From: an uncultured Acidimicrobiales bacterium
GTDB lineage: Bacteria > Actinomycetota > Acidimicrobiia > Acidimicrobiales > SZUA-35
NCBI GenBank assembly: GCA_937958015.1
Contig: CALGOA010000021.1
Coordinates: 1,669-65,668 of the forward strand
DNA: 64,000 bases
Reading direction: 5' to 3'
Shown: positions 51,429-60,710 of the stretch, piece after piece
How positions within the stretch are numbered: position 1 is the first letter of the stretch
Layout of the letters: each line of letters begins with the position of its first letter
Made by a program: the position numbers and the translations under genes
Notes under the pieces: generated by a model
The model's input: the letters and a program-made list of their open reading frames with translations, nothing else
What the model was told of the DNA's origin: nothing
The model's database searches: none

Positions 51429-51515
51429 CGGTGACCCGCCCTGTTTGGCTAGATCGCAGAGTAGTTCCTTGTCCTCACAAACGCAGGTTGGTTTCGACCA
51501 GCTTCACCCGAAGGG

Positions 51516-53399
51516 CTACTGGGCCTGCCCGTAGAACCGGTCCGAAGTGGCAAGTTCAACCGCCAGTCGCACATCGTCGATCGTGAGCAGACGGTTCGAC
51601 CAGTACACGATCGAGGACTCGGCTGGCGCAAATCCCATCACCCGGCTGTACATCCGGGTGGTGCGGTCTCGACGGGACTCGATCGACACGAAGAAGTACT
51701 TTCCAACCTGGATTCGGCTGAGCTCGTTTCGGTCCATCAAACCAACCCAGTAGGCCAATCCTTCGGCATCGGCTTCACGATGCAGAACGTCGCGATAGAG
51801 ACGTTGTACGTACGCCCTGTCGTTACCTCCGGCACCGTTGTAGTACTCATCGGATGCGAAGAAGTACGAACCGATGTCATCGAATCGGGTCCCACCCTTG
51901 AGAACGTCACGCCAGTAGGCGGAACCGCTCGCATCGGGTTGACGACCGAATGCCGTAGCATACAAGTCCGCCAACATGACGCCCGCAAAAGCATCGCTCT
52001 GGGCCATGCGGGTGGCGACGCCGCTGCGGTCCTGCGAGGAGTAGATCTCGTCAGTCCAGCGTTCGATATCGGCGGCCGACGGATCGGTGCCGAGGAAGGT
52101 CTCGGCGAGCGATTCGACGTACTTGGCGATCTGGTCGGTCTCACCGCGTTGGATGGCGCCGATAGTGAACCAGTCCGACTTCAGACCCAGCGTGGTACGG
52201 GCGACCCAACCACTCTGCACGACCGTGCCGTTCTCGAACCGGAACTCGATCTCGGTGATCCGTCCGCCGTCGGGGCCGAGGCCGTTTCGTTTGGTTGCGA
52301 CCAGCTCGAGAAGTTTGCCGCGCTTGAACTTGGCTTCGAGAGCGGTGACGTTCACGACCTTGGTCCACTGCCGGTTCGGATTGTCGACGATGGCGTCGCC
52401 CTCGTCCTGGACCGACGGGAAGGTGCCGCCAGCGGTGTACCCACCGGTGCTGGAGGAGAACTCGGTTCGAGCAACCCGACCGGCGCTGTTCACCCGGACC
52501 AGTCCGGTCGTCGCCGCAACGGCGGCGTCGGTACGGGGATCGGTCGTCGGGTTGATGGCTCCGCCCGATTTCTGGTGGAAGCGCCCCCAGAAAACCTGGC
52601 AGCGGGTGGTTTCGCAGGTGTCCGCCCACGGCTGGTGACGGGTGTCGCCGGCCATGGCGTAACTCCGGGCCGCGACGGCCTGGGCTTCCAACGCTGCCGC
52701 TGGCCACTTGGCCGGGGACTCGTTCGGGACGACGCCGCGGAGGTATTCCTCGATCGTTGTGTAGTTGGCGGTTCGGTGGGTTCCGGCTGCGTAGTCGGCC
52801 ACGATCTCACCCGAATACCAGGTTCGCGCGGAACCGGTGCGACAGACGTGGAGCAACGAGTCCGGGGTGTCGACCGCCGCCGACGACTCGGCCCGCAGAT
52901 GAATACGGGAATGGCCGGTGATGCCGCCCAGGAGGGTCCACGGGCCCGCGCAGCTCGAGGCATAACTGACCAGATACTGACTTCCGTCCCAGCCGAGGCG
53001 CACCGCACCGTTGGAGATCGATCCGAGATCCTCACCACCGGGTCCATACATGTGAATCAGTCCCGATCCGAGACCGACCGCAGTGGAGCGACCCTTGTTG
53101 TAGCTCAGGTCGACCCGAACCAGGTTCGGATCGACGATGTTGTCGGCGGGTACCGAACCGGCGCTGGTTCCCACATAGAAGTGATCGAGGATGCGGGCGC
53201 TCGACCATCCTTCGTTCTGGGCGTACCCGTAGGCGCCGTACTGGCCCATGCCGCGGCCATGACCCCAACCGCGGCCGGTGATGGTCACGGTTGCCGTGTC
53301 GGAGACGGCAGCGGAAGCGGATCCGGCCCACAGGAAGGGCAGGAGGATGACGGCGACGAGTAGTGCCGCAAGGTGTGAGGCAGGGCGCTTGGGGTGCAT
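51516..53399 (-). CDS. SpoIID/LytB-domain cell-wall hydrolase with C-terminal DUF4214 repeats
   Basis: Signal peptide; GWGHGRGMGQYGA, EEYLRGVVPNE, AQAVAARSYA, CETTRCQV; three LY..FGR.PD..G..YW-type repeats. Confidence 0.88.
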   Translation of the reverse strand: MHPKRPASHLAALLVAVILLPFLWAGSASAAVSDTATVTITGRGWGHGRGMGQYGAYGYAQNEGWSSARILDHFYVGTSAGSVPADNIVDPNLVRVDLSYNKGRSTAVGLGSGLIHMYGPGGEDLGSISNGAVRLGWDGSQYLVSYASSCAGPWTLLGGITGHSRIHLRAESSAAVDTPDSLLHVCRTGSARTWYSGEIVADYAAGTHRTANYTTIEEYLRGVVPNESPAKWPAAALEAQAVAARSYAMAGDTRHQPWADTCETTRCQVFWGRFHQKSGGAINPTTDPRTDAAVAATTGLVRVNSAGRVARTEFSSSTGGYTAGGTFPSVQDEGDAIVDNPNRQWTKVVNVTALEAKFKRGKLLELVATKRNGLGPDGGRITEIEFRFENGTVVQSGWVARTTLGLKSDWFTIGAIQRGETDQIAKYVESLAETFLGTDPSAADIERWTDEIYSSQDRSGVATRMAQSDAFAGVMLADLYATAFGRQPDASGSAYWRDVLKGGTRFDDIGSYFFASDEYYNGAGGNDRAYVQRLYRDVLHREADAEGLAYWVGLMDRNELSRIQVGKYFFVSIESRRDRTTRMYSRVMGFAPAESSIVYWSNRLLTIDDVRLAVELATSDRFYGQAQ

Positions 53400-53529
53400 G
53401 TATAGGCCATCGGACCCATACCCCCGCCATAAAGCCGTTCTCCAGAAGATTTATCCGACTACAGCAAAAATCTTTCCAAACCGCCACCCAAAGTGACGCT
53501 TGATCACTCTTTGCCCTGCTCAGCTCTCG

Positions 53530-56217
53530 TTAGCGAGTGACGAGTCGGTAGTAGGCAGGACTGGCGATCATGGTGGCGGCGAGCGTCAGGTCATCCGAAC
53601 GAGCCAGCTCCGACGCCCACGCTTCGCGCTGGCTGGCATCGGGGGTGGTTCCGGCGACCCGTCGATACAACGAGTCGACCCGGTCCCGGCGAGACTCGAT
53701 CGAGTCGTAGAACCCGGCGGTTACCTGGGCCGGCGTGGCGGCCCCGGTCCGTATCAGACCGGCCCAGTAGGCCCGCCCCTCGGCGTCGGGGGCTCGGTGG
53801 AGCAGGGAGTCATACAACACGTCGACGTACCGCTCTGGTGATCCGGATCGTTTGAACAGTTCCTCTGAGCCATAGAAGTAGACCCCCATGTCTCGAAGCG
53901 TCACCCGTTTCGAATTCAACAGACCGGTCCAGTACGCCTTTCCTTCGGCGTCAGGATTCCGGTCGAGCGCTCGCCGGTACATGTCGTCCACGATTGAGGA
54001 TGTGAACTCGGGGCGACGGACCATCGCATCGGCCAGCACCTTGGTGCCGCCGTGGTCGGTCTTCCAGTTCCAGTGGTCGATCCACTTCGCTGAGGTCGTT
54101 TCCGGGCTTAGTCGGTTCAGCACCGCTGAGATGTACTCGTAGTCGCCCGACTTCTTGAACGACGAACCGGTGAGGTCGTAGCCCGTGAGGACTGCATCGG
54201 TCGCGATCCCCGCCCCGACGTGGGTCGATGCGTTGACCACTGGCCGCTCATCGCCGAAGGTCCACCAGCGACCTTCGCTGTCGAGGACCCAACCGCCGTT
54301 GGCGTTCGGTCCGGCGACCACCGATACCGGCGCGGTCGGCACCACATCGCCGTAGCTGGTGGCGGCACCGAAGCCGATCACCTCGCCGATGTCGGTGAGC
54401 ACATACCCGGAATGGCCCGAAGCCCAGACCACGATGTCGATCACACGACCACGGGGCGTCGATCGAAGTGTGGCGGCAGGCGTCTGGTGGATCGGGTTCA
54501 ACGTGCCCGTTGCCGACACCGTGTAACCGATCTTGTCATCGTTGACATCACCGGCCACCGCCGGCCCTCGGGACGAGCGGTCTTGCACCTGTCCACCAAA
54601 TCCGTGCAGGAACCCATCGGCGGTGACCACGTAGCCGCTCTTGCCGCTGTCTCTCACGATGAGGTCAACCGGGGACGAACCACCGGGTCGGCCGGCAACC
54701 GCCGGCGCGTCTCCGTAGGCCCGCAGCGTGCCATCGACCGCCAGTACATACCCGGCGGTTGCAGTGCCGCCGACGGCGATCGCAGTGGACGCACCCGGTG
54801 CGTTGGCGGGTGTTGCCTGTCCCAAAGCCGGACGTAGCCCGCCCCGGTTATCCACGGCCATCAGTTTGGGCCCGAAGTCGTTCCCATCGATCCCGGTGCT
54901 GCCGTAGGGCACCGGCGAGGCGAGTGCCCGGGGGGTGAACTCCGCCTTCATCTCCGAGATGATGGGCATCGTCCAGTTGCCGGGACAGGAGGTCTCGCCG
55001 AGGTCGCGGTGGCCGAGGATCGTCGGAACCGAAACATACTGTGCAGCCGGGTGTTTCAGAACGCCGGTCGTGGCGGTGTTCTTCAGCAGCGCCCGACCAT
55101 TGGGGTCCACCCCGTGAAGCCGAAGTTTCCAGGCGCCGAGGTTCTTGATCGCCTGCAACGATGCCGACGACGGCCGGACCGGAGCCGGGCTCTTGATGTT
55201 GCTCTGGTGCTGACCGAGCAGTGCAACGGCGAAGGTGTTCGAGTTGAACCCGCGTGCGTGGCCGCCGATGATCGGTTTGTCGATACCGCCCGAACGTCCT
55301 TCCCAGAGGGTGCCGAACCGGTCGACCAGGAAGTTGTAGGCCACGTCACACCAACCTCGGCTCACCGTGTGGAAACGGTGGATGCCACGGAGCAGTTTGG
55401 GGACCTCGTCCTGGGAGTAGTTGTTCGTCGTCACCGTGTGGTGCACGACCATCGCCCGGATGCTGTCGGAATGACGGGGACCGTCTTCACAACCCGACGT
55501 GCCCTGTTGAAACCCGGGGCTGCCCCAATCGGCGTTGGAACGGATCGTTGGTTGGTTGGCCCAACCGGCGGAACCGTTGGCGAGGGTCGGCTTCAGAGGG
55601 ACATCGATCTCGGGCATGTCGAGAGCCTCGGAATCGATCGCGGCGATCTCTTCGTCGCTGTCGAGCAACACGATCTCGACACCGGTCGTTCCTTCTCCGA
55701 CCCAGATGGGACCGATCGATCCGACACCGGCGGCGGATTCGGGTCCGGACCCTTCGCCACCGGGGGTGCCGTCGGGTGCCTCGTTTTCGTGAGCGTGCAA
55801 AACCGCCCAGTCGCTCCAACCCTCATCGTTTCGTGACCGAAGAGCCAGTTGGCTGTGGGCGACGCCGTCGCCGGCGGGATCGACCGGCTGGATGATCACC
55901 ATCTCGGAATCGCCATCGAGGGCGATGTCGACAACCGGAACCGCGGTCGACCGGGCCAGCACCCTGTGCTGATGACCATCCTCAACCCCAAGGTCGAGCT
56001 CGGACTCCGCAGCTGGGGTCGCCGCATTCAGAAGGGCAAACAGGTCATCGTCGAGCGGTTGGGTGTCGACGAATGGAGTAACCGCAGCCGAGACGCGCAC
56101 ATCGTCGTCGTCGGTGATGTTCAGTGCACTCGCTGGGACCGCGAGAAACGCCGCTACCGCCAGAAGAGTTGCGGACAGCAGAAGCTGGTTCGGCCGCCGA
56201 AAAATGTGAGTTCGCAT
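53530..56217 (-). CDS. PGRP-like N-acetylmuramoyl-L-alanine amidase with beta-repeat region and DUF4214 repeats
   Basis: Signal peptide; VVHHT, GWCDVAYNFLVD, GGHARGFN, GHRD..TSCPG; DUF4214 tail; start trimmed to 56217. Confidence 0.88.
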   Translation of the reverse strand: MRTHIFRRPNQLLLSATLLAVAAFLAVPASALNITDDDDVRVSAAVTPFVDTQPLDDDLFALLNAATPAAESELDLGVEDGHQHRVLARSTAVPVVDIALDGDSEMVIIQPVDPAGDGVAHSQLALRSRNDEGWSDWAVLHAHENEAPDGTPGGEGSGPESAAGVGSIGPIWVGEGTTGVEIVLLDSDEEIAAIDSEALDMPEIDVPLKPTLANGSAGWANQPTIRSNADWGSPGFQQGTSGCEDGPRHSDSIRAMVVHHTVTTNNYSQDEVPKLLRGIHRFHTVSRGWCDVAYNFLVDRFGTLWEGRSGGIDKPIIGGHARGFNSNTFAVALLGQHQSNIKSPAPVRPSSASLQAIKNLGAWKLRLHGVDPNGRALLKNTATTGVLKHPAAQYVSVPTILGHRDLGETSCPGNWTMPIISEMKAEFTPRALASPVPYGSTGIDGNDFGPKLMAVDNRGGLRPALGQATPANAPGASTAIAVGGTATAGYVLAVDGTLRAYGDAPAVAGRPGGSSPVDLIVRDSGKSGYVVTADGFLHGFGGQVQDRSSRGPAVAGDVNDDKIGYTVSATGTLNPIHQTPAATLRSTPRGRVIDIVVWASGHSGYVLTDIGEVIGFGAATSYGDVVPTAPVSVVAGPNANGGWVLDSEGRWWTFGDERPVVNASTHVGAGIATDAVLTGYDLTGSSFKKSGDYEYISAVLNRLSPETTSAKWIDHWNWKTDHGGTKVLADAMVRRPEFTSSIVDDMYRRALDRNPDAEGKAYWTGLLNSKRVTLRDMGVYFYGSEELFKRSGSPERYVDVLYDSLLHRAPDAEGRAYWAGLIRTGAATPAQVTAGFYDSIESRRDRVDSLYRRVAGTTPDASQREAWASELARSDDLTLAATMIASPAYYRLVTR

Positions 56218-56418
56218 CGAGATGTCCAAACACCCCACTCCCCCGCCTAGAGGAATCGCCAGTCTAAACACCGGCCCCCGCCCGCTCGCAAGGGCGCGGC
56301 GGCAATCGTCACCTGACCAGCCCGGATGTGACAGGCACATTCCGATCCCGTGTCGACCCTGAACACAGGACGTCAGCGACGGTCACCGAGCGCCCAAAAT
56401 ACCGTTTGTCGGGGGCCT

Positions 56419-57492
56419 TCAGCCGGGGGTCAGAGCCAGTTCGACCGTGTCCATTTCGAGGGCGTCGACCACCAACATCCGGCCGATCAATGGTCGACCG
56501 ATTCCCAGGAGTAACTTCACGGCCTCGGTGGCCTGGATCGTACCGATGATGCCCGGCAGCACGCCGAGGACGCCGGCGGTGGAACAGTTCGGAGCCACCT
56601 CGGGCGGCGGCGGCTCGGGCATGAAGTTCCGGTAGGTGAATCCGGCCGTGGGGTCGAAGACGGTGGCCTGCCCCTCGAAACGAAAGACCGATCCGTAGAC
56701 CACGGGAACGCCCGTTTCGACCGAGGCGTCGCTGAGGGCATACCGAACGTCGAAGTTGTCGGCGCCATCGATCACTACGTCGTAGCCGGACAGCAGTTCC
56801 ACCGCGTTGTCGGAATCGACCCGCGTGTCGTGGGTGACGACCTCGACATCGGGGTTAAGGGCGGTGATGGACCGGCGGGCGGACTCGACCTTTGACCACC
56901 CAACCCGCAGCGAGTCGTGAATGACCTGGCGCTGCAGGTTGGTGACATCGACGGTGTCCATATCGGCCAGTCCGATCGTTCCAACGCCGGCGCCCGCCAG
57001 ATACAGCGCAGCAGGGCTGCCCAAGCCACCGGCACCCACGATGAGAACCTTCGACTGGAGCAGTTTGCGTTGACCGGACACACCAACTTCGGGCAGCAGG
57101 AGATGGCGGGAGTATCGAGCGAGATCGTCGCCCTCGGCGTTCGGCTCCTCCCACGGCTGGCCGTCGGCCTTCCATGCGGCGAAGCCACCGGCCAGGGACA
57201 CCACATCGGTGTACCCCATCGCCTGCAGCGTGGTGGCCGCTAGAAGAGAGCGGACCCCGCTGGCGCAGTTGACGACGATGGGGGTTGCCCGGTCCGGGGC
57301 AGCACCATCGATCGATGTCTCGATGAGGCCTCGCGGTACGAGCGTTCCGCCCGGGATGACCCCGAGCGCCGTTTCGTTGGGTTCGCGCACATCGAGCATG
57401 AGTGCGCCCGCATCCCGAAGTTCGGCCGCCCGGGCCGCGTCGACCTCCGGCACGGTCTCACGGGCATTGCGCAGAAGGTCGTTCAGATCCAT
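56419..57492 (-). CDS. moeB: Molybdopterin-synthase adenylyltransferase MoeB with N-terminal rhodanese domain
   Basis: LDVREP and CASGVRS (rhodanese); RYSRHLLLPEVG, GAGGLG, TNLQRQ, DGADNF; start trimmed to 57492. Confidence 0.9.
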   Translation of the reverse strand: MDLNDLLRNARETVPEVDAARAAELRDAGALMLDVREPNETALGVIPGGTLVPRGLIETSIDGAAPDRATPIVVNCASGVRSLLAATTLQAMGYTDVVSLAGGFAAWKADGQPWEEPNAEGDDLARYSRHLLLPEVGVSGQRKLLQSKVLIVGAGGLGSPAALYLAGAGVGTIGLADMDTVDVTNLQRQVIHDSLRVGWSKVESARRSITALNPDVEVVTHDTRVDSDNAVELLSGYDVVIDGADNFDVRYALSDASVETGVPVVYGSVFRFEGQATVFDPTAGFTYRNFMPEPPPPEVAPNCSTAGVLGVLPGIIGTIQATEAVKLLLGIGRPLIGRMLVVDALEMDTVELALTPG

Positions 57493-57499
57493 GTCGGTC

Positions 57500-58279
57500 C
57501 TAACCTGCCGCCTGCTGGCGAATTCCAAGAATCGACGGGAGAAGTTCGGTGATCGAGCCGTTGACGACCGAGTCGGCAATGTCGTCCATCTCGGTGGCCT
57601 CCCCGTTGAGGATCACCACTTTGGCGCCGGTCTGTTTGGCGATGGGAACGACCCGAGCGATCGGATGGACCGCCAGGGTTGAACCGATGGACAACATCAC
57701 GTCACAATTTCGAGCCGCCCACTCGGACCGAATCAGGTCTTCCTCGACCAGGCTCTGACCGAAACTGATGGTGCTGCTCTTGAGCAGGCCTGAACAGACC
57801 GGGCAGGACGGATCGGTCTCACCGGCCCGCACCCGATCCAACGCCACCTGCATCGGCGCCCGGTAGTCACACGACAGGCACACAACCTCGCGGATCGAGC
57901 CGTGTATCTCGACCAGACGATCCGGATCCGATCCCGCTCGATGGTGCAGTCCATCGATGTTCTGGGTGATCAACATCAGTAGCTGCTGGGTGCGTTCCAG
58001 ATGAAGTAGCGCTCGATGCCCGTCGTTTGGTTCTGCGTTCCAGACCGGTGAGTCGAGGCGACCCAACCACGCCGCGGCACGAACGTCGGGGTCCTCCACG
58101 TAGGTCTGCAACGTGGCCCGCTTTTCTGCGCCGGGGTTCTTGGTCCAGACCCCGTTCGGGCCCCGAAAGTCGGGAATCCTGCTGTCGGTGGAGATCCCTG
58201 CGCCGGTAAGTACGGCCACCTTGGAGCCAGCCCCCACGATCTTTGCGGCCTCGGATAGGGCGACCTCGTCCGGCGTCAC
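57500..58279 (-). CDS. cobB: Sir2-family NAD-dependent protein deacylase
   Basis: TGAGIS, IPDFRG, TQNIDGLH, EIHG, two CxxC zinc knuckles, IGST. Confidence 0.9.
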   Translation of the reverse strand: MTPDEVALSEAAKIVGAGSKVAVLTGAGISTDSRIPDFRGPNGVWTKNPGAEKRATLQTYVEDPDVRAAAWLGRLDSPVWNAEPNDGHRALLHLERTQQLLMLITQNIDGLHHRAGSDPDRLVEIHGSIREVVCLSCDYRAPMQVALDRVRAGETDPSCPVCSGLLKSSTISFGQSLVEEDLIRSEWAARNCDVMLSIGSTLAVHPIARVVPIAKQTGAKVVILNGEATEMDDIADSVVNGSITELLPSILGIRQQAAG

Positions 58280-58315
58280 CTTCCTAAGGGTATCGAGTCA
58301 CTAACGTTGCAGTCC

Positions 58316-58687
58316 GTGGAGGTAGAACAGGCAGATTTCGAAGCGATCGTGAACGAGACGTCGGCGCGAGCCCGCAACTCGGTGGATGGATTCGATCACC
58401 CGCTCGAACTCGATCGTCGAATCGACCACGCTCTGGCGTCGGTTCATGAGAACTCACACGCGTTGTCTATCGAAAGCCACCCGGGCGAAACGGCAAAGAA
58501 CCGAGCCGGCCAACTGGCCCGGCGCCTTGCGTTGAACCCAGCCGATCAGCGTCGGCTGAACCGCGAGCTGGTCGCCCTCGTCGACGATCTCGATCAGCGA
58601 ACGCGCCGCCAGGCCATCATCATCGATCAACTCACCGCACAGATCGATCGGCTCCTCGCTCTTCGGGCCGGGTCCCAAAACCCATGA
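58316..58687 (+). CDS. Small coiled-coil protein coupled to the GT4-methyltransferase
   Basis: Heptad-patterned C-terminal half; ATGA overlap with the next gene; GTG 58316 preferred over TTG 58307 because TAACGT precedes it. Confidence 0.65.
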   Translation: MEVEQADFEAIVNETSARARNSVDGFDHPLELDRRIDHALASVHENSHALSIESHPGETAKNRAGQLARRLALNPADQRRLNRELVALVDDLDQRTRRQAIIIDQLTAQIDRLLALRAGSQNP

Positions 58688-60687
58688 GTCGCAAGGGCCT
58701 GCGACTGGGCATCGTAAAACCAGACCACGGCTTCGTCGGGGGATTCGAGCTGCTGATCGGCGGTCTCTCCGAAGCGATGCGGGCCCGAGGCCACGAGGTG
58801 TCGGTGGTACCGGTTCCGGCGACCGAACGTTCCCCTTCGGTTTTTGGCTACCCGGTTGCACCCGTCTTTCGAGAGTGGCACGACGAGTACTTCCGGTATC
58901 TCGAACTCGTCGAGGCCACTCGACGTCTCGATCTCGGTGGATTTGACGTGGTGTGCTCCACCCAACCACCGACCTACGCCGCTCCCCACAGCCGTGTCTT
59001 CTCCCTCACCTATCACCAGTACCGGGTGTTCTATGACCTCTCGGACGAGTTCGTAGCCGCCGGTTTTGTGGCGCCCAAGGCGCACGAAGCCGCTCAAGCC
59101 GCAGTTCGGCAAATCGACGACGACGCCATCGCGAACGTGCGGGGTTTCCTGGCCGGGTCGCAGTCGGTCGCCGACCGGTTGCGTCGATTCTGGAACGTGG
59201 GTTCGGTGGTCTACCGCCACCCGAACGTCACCGAGCTCCCTTCGCCGACCGAACGGGATCGAGCTGGAACGCACGTTCTCTGTGTTAGCCGCCAGGAGTG
59301 GCCAAAACGAACCGAGTTGTTCGTGGCGGCCATGCACATGACCGCGGCCCGGCGAGCCGGCACTCAAACCACCGGCCATCTCGTCGGCGGCGGCAGCCGA
59401 CTCGACTTCGTGAGAAGCCTGGATATCGAACTGGCGGCAAACCCCGCCCACGTGGAGGATCTCCGATCACCCGATGAGGCGGGGGTGTTGTGGCGCAACA
59501 TGGGCATCTTCACCAAGGGCTGGTCGCCAGCCGAGGGTGAACCGAGCGGCCGGGTCAGCATTCTTGGAGAGGTGAGCGAGCAGGATCGAAATCGCCTCTA
59601 CCAGGACTGTGCGTGCGTCGTCGCCCCCGCCCTCGACGAGGACTACGGACTGACCGTTCTCGAAGCATGGCAGCAGGGTCGTCCGGTGATCGTTTGCTCC
59701 GACGGCGGTGGCCTCACCGAACTGGTGACCCACGGTGTGAACGGTCTGGTGGTCGAGCCGACCCCCTTCGCGATCGCCCAGGCGATCGATCGACTTTGCA
59801 ACGACCCGGGTCTGGGCGACGCACTGGCCGAGGCTGGCCGTCAGTCGCTGGCCGAAATCACCCTGGACGACGCAATCGATGTGTTCGAGGCGACTGCGCT
59901 CACCGCTGCCGGGGGGCCGGACAACACGGTCGCTCCCCCGTCGACACAGGCGCCGATGCCGCCCGCCGACCCCACCGCCCTGCGGGCGTACGCGGCGGAA
60001 GGGATCACGACCGTGTCAGGCTGGAATGGCCCGGCGGTGGTCGATCTGGTCACTCGGCTTGCGAATGAACAGGATGTCGGCGGCAACGTCGCCGAGATCG
60101 GCATCCACCACGGCCAGATGTTCATCCTGCTGGCGCTGCTGTGCGGCGACGGCGAACGGGCGGTCGGATTCGATCTCTTCGAAAATCAGGACGAGAACAT
60201 CGACGGATCGGGTCTTGGAGACCGGGACCAGTTGGATCAGAACCTGGTCGCGGCCAACGTCTCGCTCGATCGGGTGGTGCTGGAGACCCAGAACTCGATG
60301 CGACTCGATCCGGCCGAGGTGCTGAAGCTGGCCGGGGGCAGGGTTCGTTTCTTCAGCGTGGACGGCGGACACACCGCAACCATCACCGCCAACGACCTGT
60401 GGATTGCGGATCGGACGTTAACCAGGGGCGGCATCGTGATGCTCGACGATGCGTTCAACACGATGTGGCCCGGCGTTGGTGAAGGAATGCACAACTATCT
60501 TCGGCACCGCAGCAGCACCCTCGTCCCGTTTGGAAACATCGACAACAAGACGTTCTTTACGAACTCGTCGAGCCATGCCGAGCACTACCGCAACGTGATG
60601 CGCACACCATTCGAGAACTACCTGTCCCGGGACGACGAGCTCTACGGATCTCCGATGATCTGCAGCAACCCAACTCCAGCGCAGTGA
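58684..60687 (+). CDS. GT4 glycosyltransferase fused to a Methyltransf_24-type methyltransferase
   Basis: GGFE, SRQEWPKR, PALDEDYGLTVLEA; Pro linker; AEIGIHHG, SVDGGHT, GGIVMLDD. Confidence 0.85.
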   Translation: MSRKGLRLGIVKPDHGFVGGFELLIGGLSEAMRARGHEVSVVPVPATERSPSVFGYPVAPVFREWHDEYFRYLELVEATRRLDLGGFDVVCSTQPPTYAAPHSRVFSLTYHQYRVFYDLSDEFVAAGFVAPKAHEAAQAAVRQIDDDAIANVRGFLAGSQSVADRLRRFWNVGSVVYRHPNVTELPSPTERDRAGTHVLCVSRQEWPKRTELFVAAMHMTAARRAGTQTTGHLVGGGSRLDFVRSLDIELAANPAHVEDLRSPDEAGVLWRNMGIFTKGWSPAEGEPSGRVSILGEVSEQDRNRLYQDCACVVAPALDEDYGLTVLEAWQQGRPVIVCSDGGGLTELVTHGVNGLVVEPTPFAIAQAIDRLCNDPGLGDALAEAGRQSLAEITLDDAIDVFEATALTAAGGPDNTVAPPSTQAPMPPADPTALRAYAAEGITTVSGWNGPAVVDLVTRLANEQDVGGNVAEIGIHHGQMFILLALLCGDGERAVGFDLFENQDENIDGSGLGDRDQLDQNLVAANVSLDRVVLETQNSMRLDPAEVLKLAGGRVRFFSVDGGHTATITANDLWIADRTLTRGGIVMLDDAFNTMWPGVGEGMHNYLRHRSSTLVPFGNIDNKTFFTNSSSHAEHYRNVMRTPFENYLSRDDELYGSPMICSNPTPAQ

Positions 60688-60710
60688 CGGGCTGACTCGG
60701 GAAGGAACCG

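Noticed and set aside
50934..58279. HNH + ThiF/E1-like + Sir2 as an anti-phage system (CBASS/Thoeris/Bil-like)
   Set aside because: Sir2 is a canonical zinc-binding CobB-type deacylase, the ThiF protein is an ordinary rhodanese-MoeB, the HNH is of the common Rv2469c type and 5 kb away, and no cyclase, TIR, E2 or JAB gene is present
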